NCBI GenBank assembly: GCA_039809905.1 | Contig: JBDHVY010000001.1 | Coordinates: 780,001 to 812,000, forward strand | DNA: 32,000 nt | Reading direction: 5' to 3' | Source: Candidatus Babelota bacterium | GTDB taxonomy: Bacteria; Babelota; Babeliae; Babelales; Vermiphilaceae | In this document: piece by piece, positions 9,277-18,597 of the stretch | Numbering within the stretch: the first letter of the stretch is position 1 | Layout of the letters: each line of letters begins with the position of its first letter | The notes under the pieces: model-generated | The model's database searches: none | What the model was told of the DNA's origin: nothing | Seen by the model: the letters and a program-made list of their open reading frames with translations, nothing else | Made by a program: the position numbers and the translations under genes

Positions 9277-10155
9277 AAACTATATCTATCTCCCGAAGAA
9301 TATAAGCAACGCACGGATCAATTCTGTGCAATGATTGAACCATTGCAAGATGTTACAGCTCAACAATGTTTTAACTTTGCATTTCAATTAGCTGCAGATG
9401 TTATTGTTTGGAAAGGTTTTGGGACTGCCTATACATTCCTTAAAGAAATAGACGTGTTAGAAAAGCTTGGCGGATCAGCGGCTGTTGTAGCACGCACATT
9501 CAAAAAAGGTTTTGATACGCATCTTGCAAATAATCCTGTTGTGGTTACTGCTGAGGGCGTTACAATAAAAATCTCTGAAGCCATGCACAATATTAATAGT
9601 AGTGGTGGTGGTAAAAACATTATTAATAGTTCTAAAGCATTACTGGAAAGTGTTTATGCAAAAATTGTTCTTGAATTGGAACCTGAAATAGTTGCAATCA
9701 AAAAAACATACGATCGAGTAAAAGATGGCTTTGCTCAAATTGCTAACAAAATCACAATGGAATATAAACATATTTTAGGTATGGAATTAGATCTCAGTAA
9801 AAAAGGAAAATTAACTATTGGTGGTTTTCACCATGATTTAAAAAATACAATAGAAAAAACGGATATCTTGAGGTTTACCAATAGAGTTTCTTATGAGCAT
9901 GGTTTTTATAAAGCAACATTATTTGATGGGGCAAATTTTGTTAAAGATGTTACATTTTTCCCAGCTGAATGGTCACGTGATACCGTAATTAGTAAAATAT
10001 ATGAAGCTTATGACAATTTTATAAAAAATGGAGCAACAGGGTACATAGAAAAAGGTGGAAAATACATAGTTGATGGATTAATTAGCGAAGGAATTACTAT
10101 TCGTATGTTTATTACTAAAAACGGTCGTATAGTAACCGCTTACCCTAAGCTTTAA
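9277..10155 (+). CDS. Orphan toxin cassette: conserved linker plus variant EndoU-type C-terminal domain, no N-terminal delivery region
   Basis: Linker KLYLSPEEYKQRTDQFCA-MIEPLQDVTAQQCFNF... matches the 5622-8717 protein; frame opens at 9277 without an ATG, first ATG 9331; C-terminus HILGMELD...GGFHHD...DVTFFPAEWSRDTV...GITIRMFITKNGRIVTAYP. Confidence 0.75.
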   Translation, partial: KLYLSPEEYKQRTDQFCAMIEPLQDVTAQQCFNFAFQLAADVIVWKGFGTAYTFLKEIDVLEKLGGSAAVVARTFKKGFDTHLANNPVVVTAEGVTIKISEAMHNINSSGGGKNIINSSKALLESVYAKIVLELEPEIVAIKKTYDRVKDGFAQIANKITMEYKHILGMELDLSKKGKLTIGGFHHDLKNTIEKTDILRFTNRVSYEHGFYKATLFDGANFVKDVTFFPAEWSRDTVISKIYEAYDNFIKNGATGYIEKGGKYIVDGLISEGITIRMFITKNGRIVTAYPKL

Positions 10156-10170
10156 ACTTGGAAAATAAAT

Positions 10171-10551
10171 ATGGAATTTGTAAAATTATTATTAAGCGCA
10201 AATCATAAAAGCTATTCTTATATTGATGCATCTGATATCAAAATGGGGATTCTTGGTTTTTTTTTAACAGATGATGTTAGATGTGGTTCTTCACCATTTA
10301 AAGAATGGGCTTTTAATGATAGTTGGGGCGACGAATGTAGTGGTAATATTACGGGATTAGAAAAAGAAGGTAATTACATATTGCTCACTGATTTGTATTC
10401 TGATGAAGAAACCCCAAGTGTGTTAAAAATGACTCGTAAGCAATATGTACAAGTTATAACTGACTGGCAAGAAAAAGTATGCAAATTAAAACCAAAAGAA
10501 GTAATCATCAAATACGAAAATGAAGAATTCGTTATCGAAACAAAAGATTAG
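10171..10551 (+). CDS. Candidate immunity protein for cassette 2
   Basis: 126 aa, homologous to 8730-9107 (shared ...AFND..., ...W.EKVCKL.PKE..IKYEN.EF.IETKD). Confidence 0.7.
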   Translation: MEFVKLLLSANHKSYSYIDASDIKMGILGFFLTDDVRCGSSPFKEWAFNDSWGDECSGNITGLEKEGNYILLTDLYSDEETPSVLKMTRKQYVQVITDWQEKVCKLKPKEVIIKYENEEFVIETKD

Positions 10552-10648
10552 TCTAATCTGCAGGGATCGTTTTTAAGAAAATTTGGTTGCTCTATCGAAT
10601 GATATTATTACGGTAATATCATTGATTGAATTAAGAATCTTTTAATTT

Positions 10649-10684
10649 GGGGTCCCCAATCGGCATATAATAGAGATTGGGGTT
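10649..10684 (+). repeat. Palindromic element copy 3: GGGGTCCCCAATC-13 nt-GATTGGGGTT
   Basis: Arms 10654-10661 and 10675-10682; loop ggcatataataga; just upstream of cassette 3. Confidence 0.85.
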
Positions 10685-10742
10685 ATAAAAACAATATCTA
10701 TCTCCCGAAGAATATAAGCAACGCGCTGATACATTCTGTGCA

Positions 10743-11006
10743 ATGATTGAACCGTTGCAAGATGTTACAGCTCAACAATGTTTTAACTTTACATTTCAAT
10801 TGGCTGCAGATGTTGTTGCTTGGAAAGGTCTTGGGACTGCCTATACATTTCTTAAAGAAATAGATGTATTAGAAAAACGTGGTGGATCAGCGGCTGTTGT
10901 AGCACGTACATTGCGCTATATTGAAGAAATATATAATGAACTGGTTTATCCGAGCCATCAAGAGCGTATTGAGATCGCTCAAAAATATTTAACACAAAGA
11001 ATATAA
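10743..11006 (+). pseudogene. Third, short orphan cassette: conserved linker fused to an unrelated short tail
   Basis: 87 aa; MIEPLQDVTAQQCFNFTFQLAADVVAWKGLGTAYTFLKEIDVLEKRGGSAAVVART as in the other copies, then LRYIEEIYNELVYPSHQERIEIAQKYLTQRI. Confidence 0.65.
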
Positions 11007-11008
11007 AT

Positions 11009-11674
11009 TTATGGAGTAAATTGTTCCAAGTTATATATTTCTAATTCTTTTTCAATGCGTTCTACTTTTTTTACCATTGTTTCAAAACCTTTTTCACCAA
11101 ATAGTTTATGTTCAAGATCTTCAAATTTTTCTCCCAATTCTTTAAATTCTGTTTCGCTGATAAGAGAGCGTACTTGAGGGAATAAAATGGTATCTTCACG
11201 TGCTTCATGGGGACGATACATTCTGATAAATTTTTGTAATGCATTTTTTATAGATTTTTTAGTCGATTTATCCAGCTTATTTTTTGATGATAGTTTTTGA
11301 AGTTGAGCAGTAATTTCACGTCCTTTATTATGTTGATTTCTTAATGTTTTGATAAGGCGAACTTCTTTTTTTTGTTTTTCAAAAATAGGAAATAGATAAG
11401 TTTCTTCGAGTTTTTCATGATAATCTTCGATAAATGATTTTATGATATTTGCTGTATTAATAAGAGTATCAATTTGAAAATCAATATTGTTTTCAATTCT
11501 TTTAATGATTTCTTCGTAAATTAATAGAACGCGATTTAATACTCCATGTTCACGCATTAAATCTTCGGTTAAGGGAATTTCAAACTCTTCTTTTTTTTTA
11601 TTCATAGATAAATCCTTATCATCAGCAAACATATACTGATTCGTTATAATCATTAATAATAAAAGATATTTCAT
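11009..11674 (-). CDS. Hemerythrin-like (HHE) domain protein with signal peptide
   Basis: EHG..., ETYLFP, RNQHNKGRE, YRPHEAREDTILFP motifs; start MKYLLLLMIITNQYMFA preceded by an AAAGGAA Shine-Dalgarno-like site. Confidence 0.7.
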   Translation of the reverse strand: MKYLLLLMIITNQYMFADDKDLSMNKKKEEFEIPLTEDLMREHGVLNRVLLIYEEIIKRIENNIDFQIDTLINTANIIKSFIEDYHEKLEETYLFPIFEKQKKEVRLIKTLRNQHNKGREITAQLQKLSSKNKLDKSTKKSIKNALQKFIRMYRPHEAREDTILFPQVRSLISETEFKELGEKFEDLEHKLFGEKGFETMVKKVERIEKELEIYNLEQFTP

Positions 11675-11826
11675 GTGATTCCTTTGTCTCAAAATTGATA
11701 AAAATTATTGAACCTGATTGTACGTATTATTATGGTTAAAGTTCTATTGTTTTGTTACATTCTTGAAAACAAAAGATATGCATGTTTTTAATTTTAAGAG
11801 AAGTATGTTTAAAGGAGCTATCTGTT

Positions 11827-12837
11827 ATGAGAATGTATTTTTGGTTTTTTATATTTTTGCATAGTTTTGTAGTCAGTAATATTGTTCAAAAAGATGCTAT
11901 TTTTAATGGATTTAAGCAGTTCTTGGGTGAAGTATATTCATATGAAAGTGAGCAATTGATTGGTGGCTTATCAAAAAATACGCAGTATTTATGGACCGTA
12001 AATAACAAAAAATATGTGGTGCGTGTTTTGGGAGAATCCTTTCCCAAAAGAAAAAATGAAATTAATATACATAGTCTGGCAGCTGCAAATGCAATAGCGC
12101 CAAGGGTTTATTATTATGATGATGCATATTCTTTTATTGTGATGGATTACATTGAAGGGCATACGCTGTTTTTAGAACAAGCAAAAAAAATAGAAGTGCT
12201 GGATTGTATTGTGCAAAAAGTTCGTTCAGTAACACAGCTGGATGCACATGATTTTTTAGATGAAGGTGGATGGAATTTATGTGCTCGCATTAATCAAGAT
12301 TATAATACAATCAAAAATCAGCAGGATGTAAAGCTGAATAGCATGATAGAACAAACATTTAATGCAATGAATAATATCCATCAAAAACTTGAGACTCAAC
12401 AACGGCCCTTAGTTTTTTGCCATAACGATTTAAATTATCGAAATATTTTTTTTACCGAAAAAGATGTGATTTTTATTGATTGGGAAATGGCTGGAATGAA
12501 TTATGAGTTTTATGATTTGGCATATTACTCTGTTTTTTCTTGTTTACATGAAGCAGATGACTATTATTTATTAACCAAATATCTGCAACACATTCCATCA
12601 GCCGATGAGCTTGATTATTTTAAGGATATTAAATTGATGATTAGATGTTGTAATTCCTTTTATGTTCTCGCTTTTTTGGAGCATATTCCTACATCTATTC
12701 CTATGGAATCTATTAAAACTTTTGAATTTTATGCACACGTTTTATGTCGAGATGCAGCGCTTTTTTCCTCTTGTGAGTTTTTATATGCAATTGCTGTAAG
12801 TCAGTTGCAGCAATTTCTTAGCGAATATAGGGCATAA
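11827..12837 (+). CDS. Choline/ethanolamine kinase-like or APH-family phosphotransferase with N-terminal signal-like segment
   Basis: VMDYIEG, FCHNDLNYRNIFF, VIFIDWEMAGMNYEFYDLA; AAAGGAG 5' of ATG at 11827, so the upstream start at 11782 is less likely. Confidence 0.75.
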   Translation: MRMYFWFFIFLHSFVVSNIVQKDAIFNGFKQFLGEVYSYESEQLIGGLSKNTQYLWTVNNKKYVVRVLGESFPKRKNEINIHSLAAANAIAPRVYYYDDAYSFIVMDYIEGHTLFLEQAKKIEVLDCIVQKVRSVTQLDAHDFLDEGGWNLCARINQDYNTIKNQQDVKLNSMIEQTFNAMNNIHQKLETQQRPLVFCHNDLNYRNIFFTEKDVIFIDWEMAGMNYEFYDLAYYSVFSCLHEADDYYLLTKYLQHIPSADELDYFKDIKLMIRCCNSFYVLAFLEHIPTSIPMESIKTFEFYAHVLCRDAALFSSCEFLYAIAVSQLQQFLSEYRA

Positions 12838-12921
12838 TTTCTTTTTTTTGCACTATTATGGTTAAAGTTCTGTTGTTTTGCTACATTCTTATAAACAAAG
12901 ATTTCATAACATAAAGAAAAT

Positions 12922-14034
12922 ATGCACTATAATCAAAGCTTTGCCATAACTATTTGTTTTTTTATCGCAATTACAGAATCTCATGGGATGGAAAATAAGA
13001 ATAAATTTGATCTCCATAAGATAGAAGAAATAACGGCAGTCAAATTTCCACGACGTGTAAAATATGTCTCAAACGATACTATTGCTATTAATAGCTTAAG
13101 CCGCTTTAATATTCTAGATCTAGAAACAAAAGCAACTTTATGCATAGATAAAAGAGATCATAATCGGGAATATGTTAGCTTTCCTATGCTTTATAGCAAT
13201 AATAAAATAATTGTTTCTTCTACTAACGAAAAACTAGTTATTTATGATAAACAAAAAAATGTAACAACATGTTTCATACCAATGCAAAATCCCATTTGGG
13301 GATTAGCTGTGCATCCAAGTAGTAATACGGTATTTTTAGTTTCTCCACAAAGGAAGGTGCTCACAAAATATAACTATGTAACAAACATATCCAAAGATGT
13401 TATTATACTGGGAGAAAGTTTTTCATTGATAGATATTCATCCAAAAAAAGACATTATGTGTATAACTCGTTATTCAGGCAATCTTTCTTTTCATACATTA
13501 GACAACTTGAAGGAACCCTTTAAAACTATTACCTTTGCAAGACCTATTATATATCTTTTTTGCCGATATAGTTTGGATGGATCTCGCATAGTAGCTGGGC
13601 ATAACAAAACAGTATATATCATAGACCCAGATAAAAATGCGTATTGTTCTCTTAAGCCTTTCAAAAATGAACGATTTAATACAGTGGCCTTCCATCCAGA
13701 TGGTTTGACCTTAGCAACCTTAGCCACACGTAAAATATCAAAAACAGATATAAAATCTGTTATACATTATTGGGATTTGCAAACAAAAGAATGTATTTAT
13801 ACAACGTCTGCATTAGGAGATAGCTATGGTCATGATCTTTCTTTTTCCCCAAACGGATTAGAAGTTCTTGTTGCGCTTAATGATAAATGCATAAGAACAT
13901 TGGTTCCTTTTGCAGTGAACAAAAAATGTATAGATCTTTTATTCTGGTTAAATCAACTTAAAGAACAAGAAAAAATACCGCAAGATATTGTAAGATATAG
14001 TATTAATGCTTTTCTGAGATACTTGAGTTTCTAA
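12922..14034 (+). CDS. WD40/beta-propeller-like secreted protein, paralog A
   Basis: Signal-like N-terminus; repeated FHPDG.TLATLA, FSPNGLEVLV, HWDL..KECIYT blades. Confidence 0.7.
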   Translation: MHYNQSFAITICFFIAITESHGMENKNKFDLHKIEEITAVKFPRRVKYVSNDTIAINSLSRFNILDLETKATLCIDKRDHNREYVSFPMLYSNNKIIVSSTNEKLVIYDKQKNVTTCFIPMQNPIWGLAVHPSSNTVFLVSPQRKVLTKYNYVTNISKDVIILGESFSLIDIHPKKDIMCITRYSGNLSFHTLDNLKEPFKTITFARPIIYLFCRYSLDGSRIVAGHNKTVYIIDPDKNAYCSLKPFKNERFNTVAFHPDGLTLATLATRKISKTDIKSVIHYWDLQTKECIYTTSALGDSYGHDLSFSPNGLEVLVALNDKCIRTLVPFAVNKKCIDLLFWLNQLKEQEKIPQDIVRYSINAFLRYLSF

Positions 14035-14107
14035 TTTTCTTTATTAGTCAAAGCTACATAGCTCTGCTATATTTTTATAAACAATAACATTAAACATAAA
14101 GAAAAGC

Positions 14108-15226
14108 ATGTCTTACCATAAAAAATTTATCATCAATTTTTGTCTTTTGATTGCAGTAGCACTGTCTTATGGAGCAGAAAATAATAAAAAAAATGATTTT
14201 TATAAGATTCAAGAAATAAAGATAGTTCCTGTTCCACTAGCTATAAAATATATTTCCAATAATACTGTTGCTATTAATAGCGTAAGCTTATTTAGCATTG
14301 TAGATCTAGAAGCAAAAACTATTATGCATATAGACAACAGATATCATAATCGTGAATATCGGAATTTACCTATACTTTATAGCAATGATAAAACAATTTT
14401 TTCGTCTACTAACAAAAAGCTCAGTATTTATGATGAACAAAAAAATGTAAAAACACACTTTATATCAAGAAAAAATAGCATTCAGGGACTAGCTATACAT
14501 CCAAACAGTAATACTGTGTTCTTATGCTGTCCACAAAGAAAAATAATCACAAAATGTAACTATAGAACAAGAATATCCGAAGATGTTATTATACCGGGAG
14601 AAGGTTTCTCATCGATAGATATTCATCCAAAAAAAGGCATTATGTGTATAGCTCGTTCTTCAGGTAATCTTTCTTTTCATCGGTTAAGTAATTTGCAAAA
14701 ATCATTTAAGACTATTACCTTTATAAAACCTATAAACACCATATACTTTTTTTGCCGATATAGTTTAGATGGATCTTGCATAGCAGTTTGGGATAATGAG
14801 ATAGTGCATATCATAGATCCAGATAAAAATACGTATTGTTCTCTCAAGCCTTTCAAAAATGAAATCTTTAATATTATTGCATTCCATCCAGATAGTTTGA
14901 CCTTAGCAACCTTAGCTGCACGGAACCCATTAAAAGCAGATGTAAAAACTGTTATACATTATTGGGATTTGAAAACCAAAGAATGTATTTATACAACGTC
15001 TGAATTAGGAGATGGCTATGCCTGTGATATTTCTTTTTCTCCAGATGGTTTAGAAGTTATTGTTGTGATCAAGAATAAATGCATAAGAACATTGGTTCCT
15101 TTTGCAGTGAACAAAAAATGTATAGATCTTTTATTCTGGTTAAATCAACTTAAAGAACAAGAAAAAATACCGCAAGATATTGTAAGATATAGTATTAATG
15201 CTTTTCTGAGGCATCTACGTTTTTAA
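14108..15226 (+). CDS. WD40/beta-propeller-like secreted protein, paralog B
   Basis: Tandem homolog of 12922-14034 along its full length. Confidence 0.7.
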   Translation: MSYHKKFIINFCLLIAVALSYGAENNKKNDFYKIQEIKIVPVPLAIKYISNNTVAINSVSLFSIVDLEAKTIMHIDNRYHNREYRNLPILYSNDKTIFSSTNKKLSIYDEQKNVKTHFISRKNSIQGLAIHPNSNTVFLCCPQRKIITKCNYRTRISEDVIIPGEGFSSIDIHPKKGIMCIARSSGNLSFHRLSNLQKSFKTITFIKPINTIYFFCRYSLDGSCIAVWDNEIVHIIDPDKNTYCSLKPFKNEIFNIIAFHPDSLTLATLAARNPLKADVKTVIHYWDLKTKECIYTTSELGDGYACDISFSPDGLEVIVVIKNKCIRTLVPFAVNKKCIDLLFWLNQLKEQEKIPQDIVRYSINAFLRHLRF

Positions 15227-16386
15227 TATTGATCTGAGAAGTATTTTTTACCTCTAAGTTTCTCAGGCAATAGATCTTCGGTTGTATATTTCTTATAATT
15301 TTTACCGTATCCAAGATCTTTCATCAAAGGCGTTGGTGCATTGCGAATATTTAAAGGAATAGGAAGGTTTCCTAATCGTTTGGCATCAGAGGCAGCGCTC
15401 GTATATGCCTCGTAGGAAGATCTGCTTTTTTTGGCTAAAGATAGGTAGGAAACACCATGAGCTAAGTTAATGGCACATTCGGGGTAACCGATAATTTCAA
15501 CTGATCTGAAAACATCATTTGCAATAGTTAGACCATAGGGATCAGCTAAGCCAATATCTTCTGAGGCAAAAATTACCATACGACGTGCGATAAATTTTGG
15601 ATCTTCACCGGCTTCTACCATTCGTGCTAAATAATATAATGCTGCATCAGGTTGGCTTGCGCGCATTGATTTTATAAAAGCTGAAATAGTATTGTAATGT
15701 TCTTCTGATTTTTTATCATAACGTAAGAATTTATTCTGCAGACTGTTGCGTAGATTTTCAACGGTAATTTTTTTATACAATGCATATGTATTTTCAATCA
15801 TATTCAGTGCTTGGCGTGCATCTCCATTAGCCATTGTAATAATCCAATCCATAGATTCTTGATCTATTTCAATGGCAGTGCGCTGAATAATTTGCTTCAT
15901 CTCATCTGCAGATAATTCTTTTAATACAAATACGCGGCACCGTGAAAGAAGTGCAGGAATAACCTCAAAACTTGGGTTTTCTGTTGTAGCACCAATGAGC
16001 ACTAAATCTCCTGATTCAACGTATGGCAATAAAAAATCTTGTTGTGCTTTATTGAATCGATGAATTTCATCTAAGAATAATACTTTTGTGTGAGTATCGT
16101 CTTTTTTAAGAACAGATTTTATATCTTCTTTTCCCGCTGATACTGCTGAAAATTCATAAAAAGTTGCATCAATAGCTTGGGCATAAATCCGGGCTAAAGA
16201 GGTTTTTCTTACACCGGGAGGTCCCCATAAAATAAAACTAAAAATATGTCTATTTTCAATAGCTATGCGTAAAGGTTTTTCGGGACCGGCAAGATGTTTT
16301 TGACCAATAAATTCATCTAATGAAGCAGGTCTTATTTTTGAAGCAAGAGGTTGATGGGATATGTGATTTTTAGTAGTTTTTACCAT
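15223..16386 (-). CDS. rarA: RarA/MgsA-like replication-associated recombination ATPase
   Basis: [50 protein letters not shown]; AAGGAG 5' of the ATG ending at 16386. The track start at 16422 is less likely. Confidence 0.9.
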   Translation of the reverse strand: MVKTTKNHISHQPLASKIRPASLDEFIGQKHLAGPEKPLRIAIENRHIFSFILWGPPGVRKTSLARIYAQAIDATFYEFSAVSAGKEDIKSVLKKDDTHTKVLFLDEIHRFNKAQQDFLLPYVESGDLVLIGATTENPSFEVIPALLSRCRVFVLKELSADEMKQIIQRTAIEIDQESMDWIITMANGDARQALNMIENTYALYKKITVENLRNSLQNKFLRYDKKSEEHYNTISAFIKSMRASQPDAALYYLARMVEAGEDPKFIARRMVIFASEDIGLADPYGLTIANDVFRSVEIIGYPECAINLAHGVSYLSLAKKSRSSYEAYTSAASDAKRLGNLPIPLNIRNAPTPLMKDLGYGKNYKKYTTEDLLPEKLRGKKYFSDQY

Positions 16387-16470
16387 AATAAATCTCCTTA
16401 AATTTATAATAACAAAAATCATTAATTTGTCAATTTAATTAATTACAAAAGGGGTTAATTTTCCGTAAGC

Positions 16471-16504
16471 ACAAGAAAAAATACCGCAAGATATTGTAAG
16501 ATAT
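16471..16504 (+). pseudogene. Relic of the 3' end of the WD40-like family
   Basis: ACAAGAAAAAATACCGCAAGATATTGTAAGATAT is identical to the 3' part of both WD40-like genes. Confidence 0.75.
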
Positions 16505-16610
16505 TGTTTGAATGTTCTTTTTACAACTATAACAATCTAAAATTTTTCTATACTATTGTGTATTCAAGAATTTTGTTAAACTACCTAAATACAATTTTTT
16601 AGGAGTATTT

Positions 16611-16817
16611 ATGGCGATGAATTCAAATCATGTTTTAGGTCTTTTGTGTATGATTGCAGGAGTTGCAATTATTGTTGTTGCAGTTGGTGATTTATTGCTT
16701 CGTATTATTATAGCGCTTATTGCGCTATCTTTGATTAACTATGGATTAAGTCTTCGTGGTTTACCACCATTGCAAAGATTGATCCCCTTAATGATGCATA
16801 GAAATCGTTGGTTTTAA
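16611..16817 (+). CDS. Small hydrophobic membrane protein
   Basis: 68 aa, one or two hydrophobic segments, 9 bp upstream of the MscS-like gene. Confidence 0.55.
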   Translation: MAMNSNHVLGLLCMIAGVAIIVVAVGDLLLRIIIALIALSLINYGLSLRGLPPLQRLIPLMMHRNRWF

Positions 16818-16826
16818 TTTTTTTAC

Positions 16827-17639
16827 TTGTATTGCTTGGATTTATTTATGGATAGTGTTGTTTTGATGATGTATGCGGCAAGTTTGGTACGTATTGCTTT
16901 GCTTGTTGTAATAGGTGTTCCCGTACTCAGTTGGTGTAGAACAAGATTATTGAATGTTTGCTTCCAACGCTTTTCTCATCATAGCTGTGTGTTGCTGGGA
17001 CGTGTTATTTTTTATAGCGGTGTAATACTGATTGTTGTTGCCATCTTGCATGAACTTGGTTTTAATATAACGGCGTTGCTAGGGGTTGCCGGAGTTTTTG
17101 GTTTTGCCGTTGGTTTTGCATCGCAAACAAGTATTTCTAATATTATTAGCGGATTTTTTTTGGTGCTTGAGCGGCCATTTTCAATGGGCGATATCATTAA
17201 AAGTGGGGATGTTATTGGAGTTGTTGAATCAATCAATTTACTTTCGCTCAATGTTCGTACACTTGATAACAAATTAGTACGATTACCCAATGAAACGGTA
17301 TTAAAAAATAGCTTGGTAAATGTAACGTATTATCCAACTAAAAGAATTGATTTTGTGCTTTCAGTTCCTTACACCTCAGATACTCAACAAGTTATAACAC
17401 AGGTTTTTGATGTTGTTAAAAACAATAAATTATTCTTACAAGAACCAGTTCCAACAGTGACGATGCAAAAAATAGCGCAGCATGATTATGATACAGAAAC
17501 AAGAAATTTTTTTACTATTCGCGTATGGGTTGCTAAGGAATATTTTTCATCAGCACCGGGTATTTTAATGCAACAATTAAAAGATCAGTTTGATAAAACA
17601 GATTGTATGATAACTATTGCTCATGCAAATCCGAACTAA
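16827..17639 (+). CDS. MscS-family mechanosensitive channel
   Basis: GVAGVFGFAVGFASQTSISNIISGFFLVLERPFSMGDII and NLLSLNVRTLDNKLVRLPNE motifs. Confidence 0.9.
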   Translation: MYCLDLFMDSVVLMMYAASLVRIALLVVIGVPVLSWCRTRLLNVCFQRFSHHSCVLLGRVIFYSGVILIVVAILHELGFNITALLGVAGVFGFAVGFASQTSISNIISGFFLVLERPFSMGDIIKSGDVIGVVESINLLSLNVRTLDNKLVRLPNETVLKNSLVNVTYYPTKRIDFVLSVPYTSDTQQVITQVFDVVKNNKLFLQEPVPTVTMQKIAQHDYDTETRNFFTIRVWVAKEYFSSAPGILMQQLKDQFDKTDCMITIAHANPN

Positions 17640-17750
17640 TATAATTGACATGCAAGTGTAAATTGGGGTGTAAGTTGTTGCAATTTTTTTTTCAAGTGTG
17701 ATTAGATAATATCCATGTCAGTGCTAATATGTAAAAAAAGGAGTGAGAAG

Positions 17751-18521
17751 ATGAATGAACGGAAATGTTTTACTTTAGATGCCATAAAATTTGCAGTAAG
17801 ATCGCTTATTGACCAAGTGCGCTTATTTGTTTTTGTATTGCTTGCTGGATCAGGCGTTATGGCTTTAGTGGTGGCGCTTTTGGCTCTTTTGAATAAAAGC
17901 TTCATTCAATCTATTTTAGGATCGCAAGCACTTAGAGATTATCAAGAATGCGTTGGTTATAATTGTGCTACCGTAGCATATCAATCTGGTGCTACAATAA
18001 TGGGCTTTGTCACCTCAAGTTTTTTTTCATTACTTATTTCTTTTATAGTCTTAGTTCTTTTTTTTGTTGGTTTAGATTTAGGATTTAGAAAAATTGCATT
18101 ACATATTCATGATGATAAACCAAGTTCGTGGAAAGAATTATTTTCATCTTTCAGCTTAGCGCCAAAAGCATTGATTGGATGGGTTTTATATTGTGTAATG
18201 GTATGGGTTGGTTGGTTGTTATTAATACTTCCAGGATTTATAGCATTGCTTCGTTTTGGATTTTTCCCGTACTTTATTGTTGATAAAAATATGGGTCCAA
18301 TTGATGCGCTTAAACACAGTTATGAAGCAACGCAACATCATATGTGGGAAATATTTGCATTTTGGGTTGCAATGAAAATAGTGATATCTCTTGGTTTTGT
18401 TAGTTGGTTGGGTGTTCTGATTACATGGCCTCTTTGCACGCTTGCATATGCATGTTTTTATCGTGCATTGCTTGGCGATAAAACAGGGCATCATATGTAT
18501 AATGAAGGCAAAATGTATTAA
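17751..18521 (+). CDS. Multi-pass membrane protein, family not assigned
   Basis: Several hydrophobic segments; start MNERKCFTLDA preceded by GGAG-like SD; track start 17715 less likely. Confidence 0.6.
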   Translation: MNERKCFTLDAIKFAVRSLIDQVRLFVFVLLAGSGVMALVVALLALLNKSFIQSILGSQALRDYQECVGYNCATVAYQSGATIMGFVTSSFFSLLISFIVLVLFFVGLDLGFRKIALHIHDDKPSSWKELFSSFSLAPKALIGWVLYCVMVWVGWLLLILPGFIALLRFGFFPYFIVDKNMGPIDALKHSYEATQHHMWEIFAFWVAMKIVISLGFVSWLGVLITWPLCTLAYACFYRALLGDKTGHHMYNEGKMY

Positions 18522-18563
18522 TTTTAGCCCCCATGCTCAATACTTTTATACATCTTTCTTTAG

Positions 18564-18590
18564 CCCCGCTTTGTATATTACAGAGTGGGG
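18564..18590. terminator. Imperfect hairpin between convergent genes
   Basis: CCCCGCTTTG-tatatta-CAGAGTGGGG, 10 pairs including 2 G.T, between the 17751-18521 (+) and mutL (-) ends. Confidence 0.4.
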
Positions 18591-18597
18591 TAAGTTT

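Noticed and set aside
18564-18590. CCCC...GGGG hairpin as a possible fifth copy of the palindromic element
   Set aside because: Lacks GGGGTCCCC, has a 7-nt loop rather than 13 nt, and its best pairing is an unrelated imperfect stem between convergent genes.
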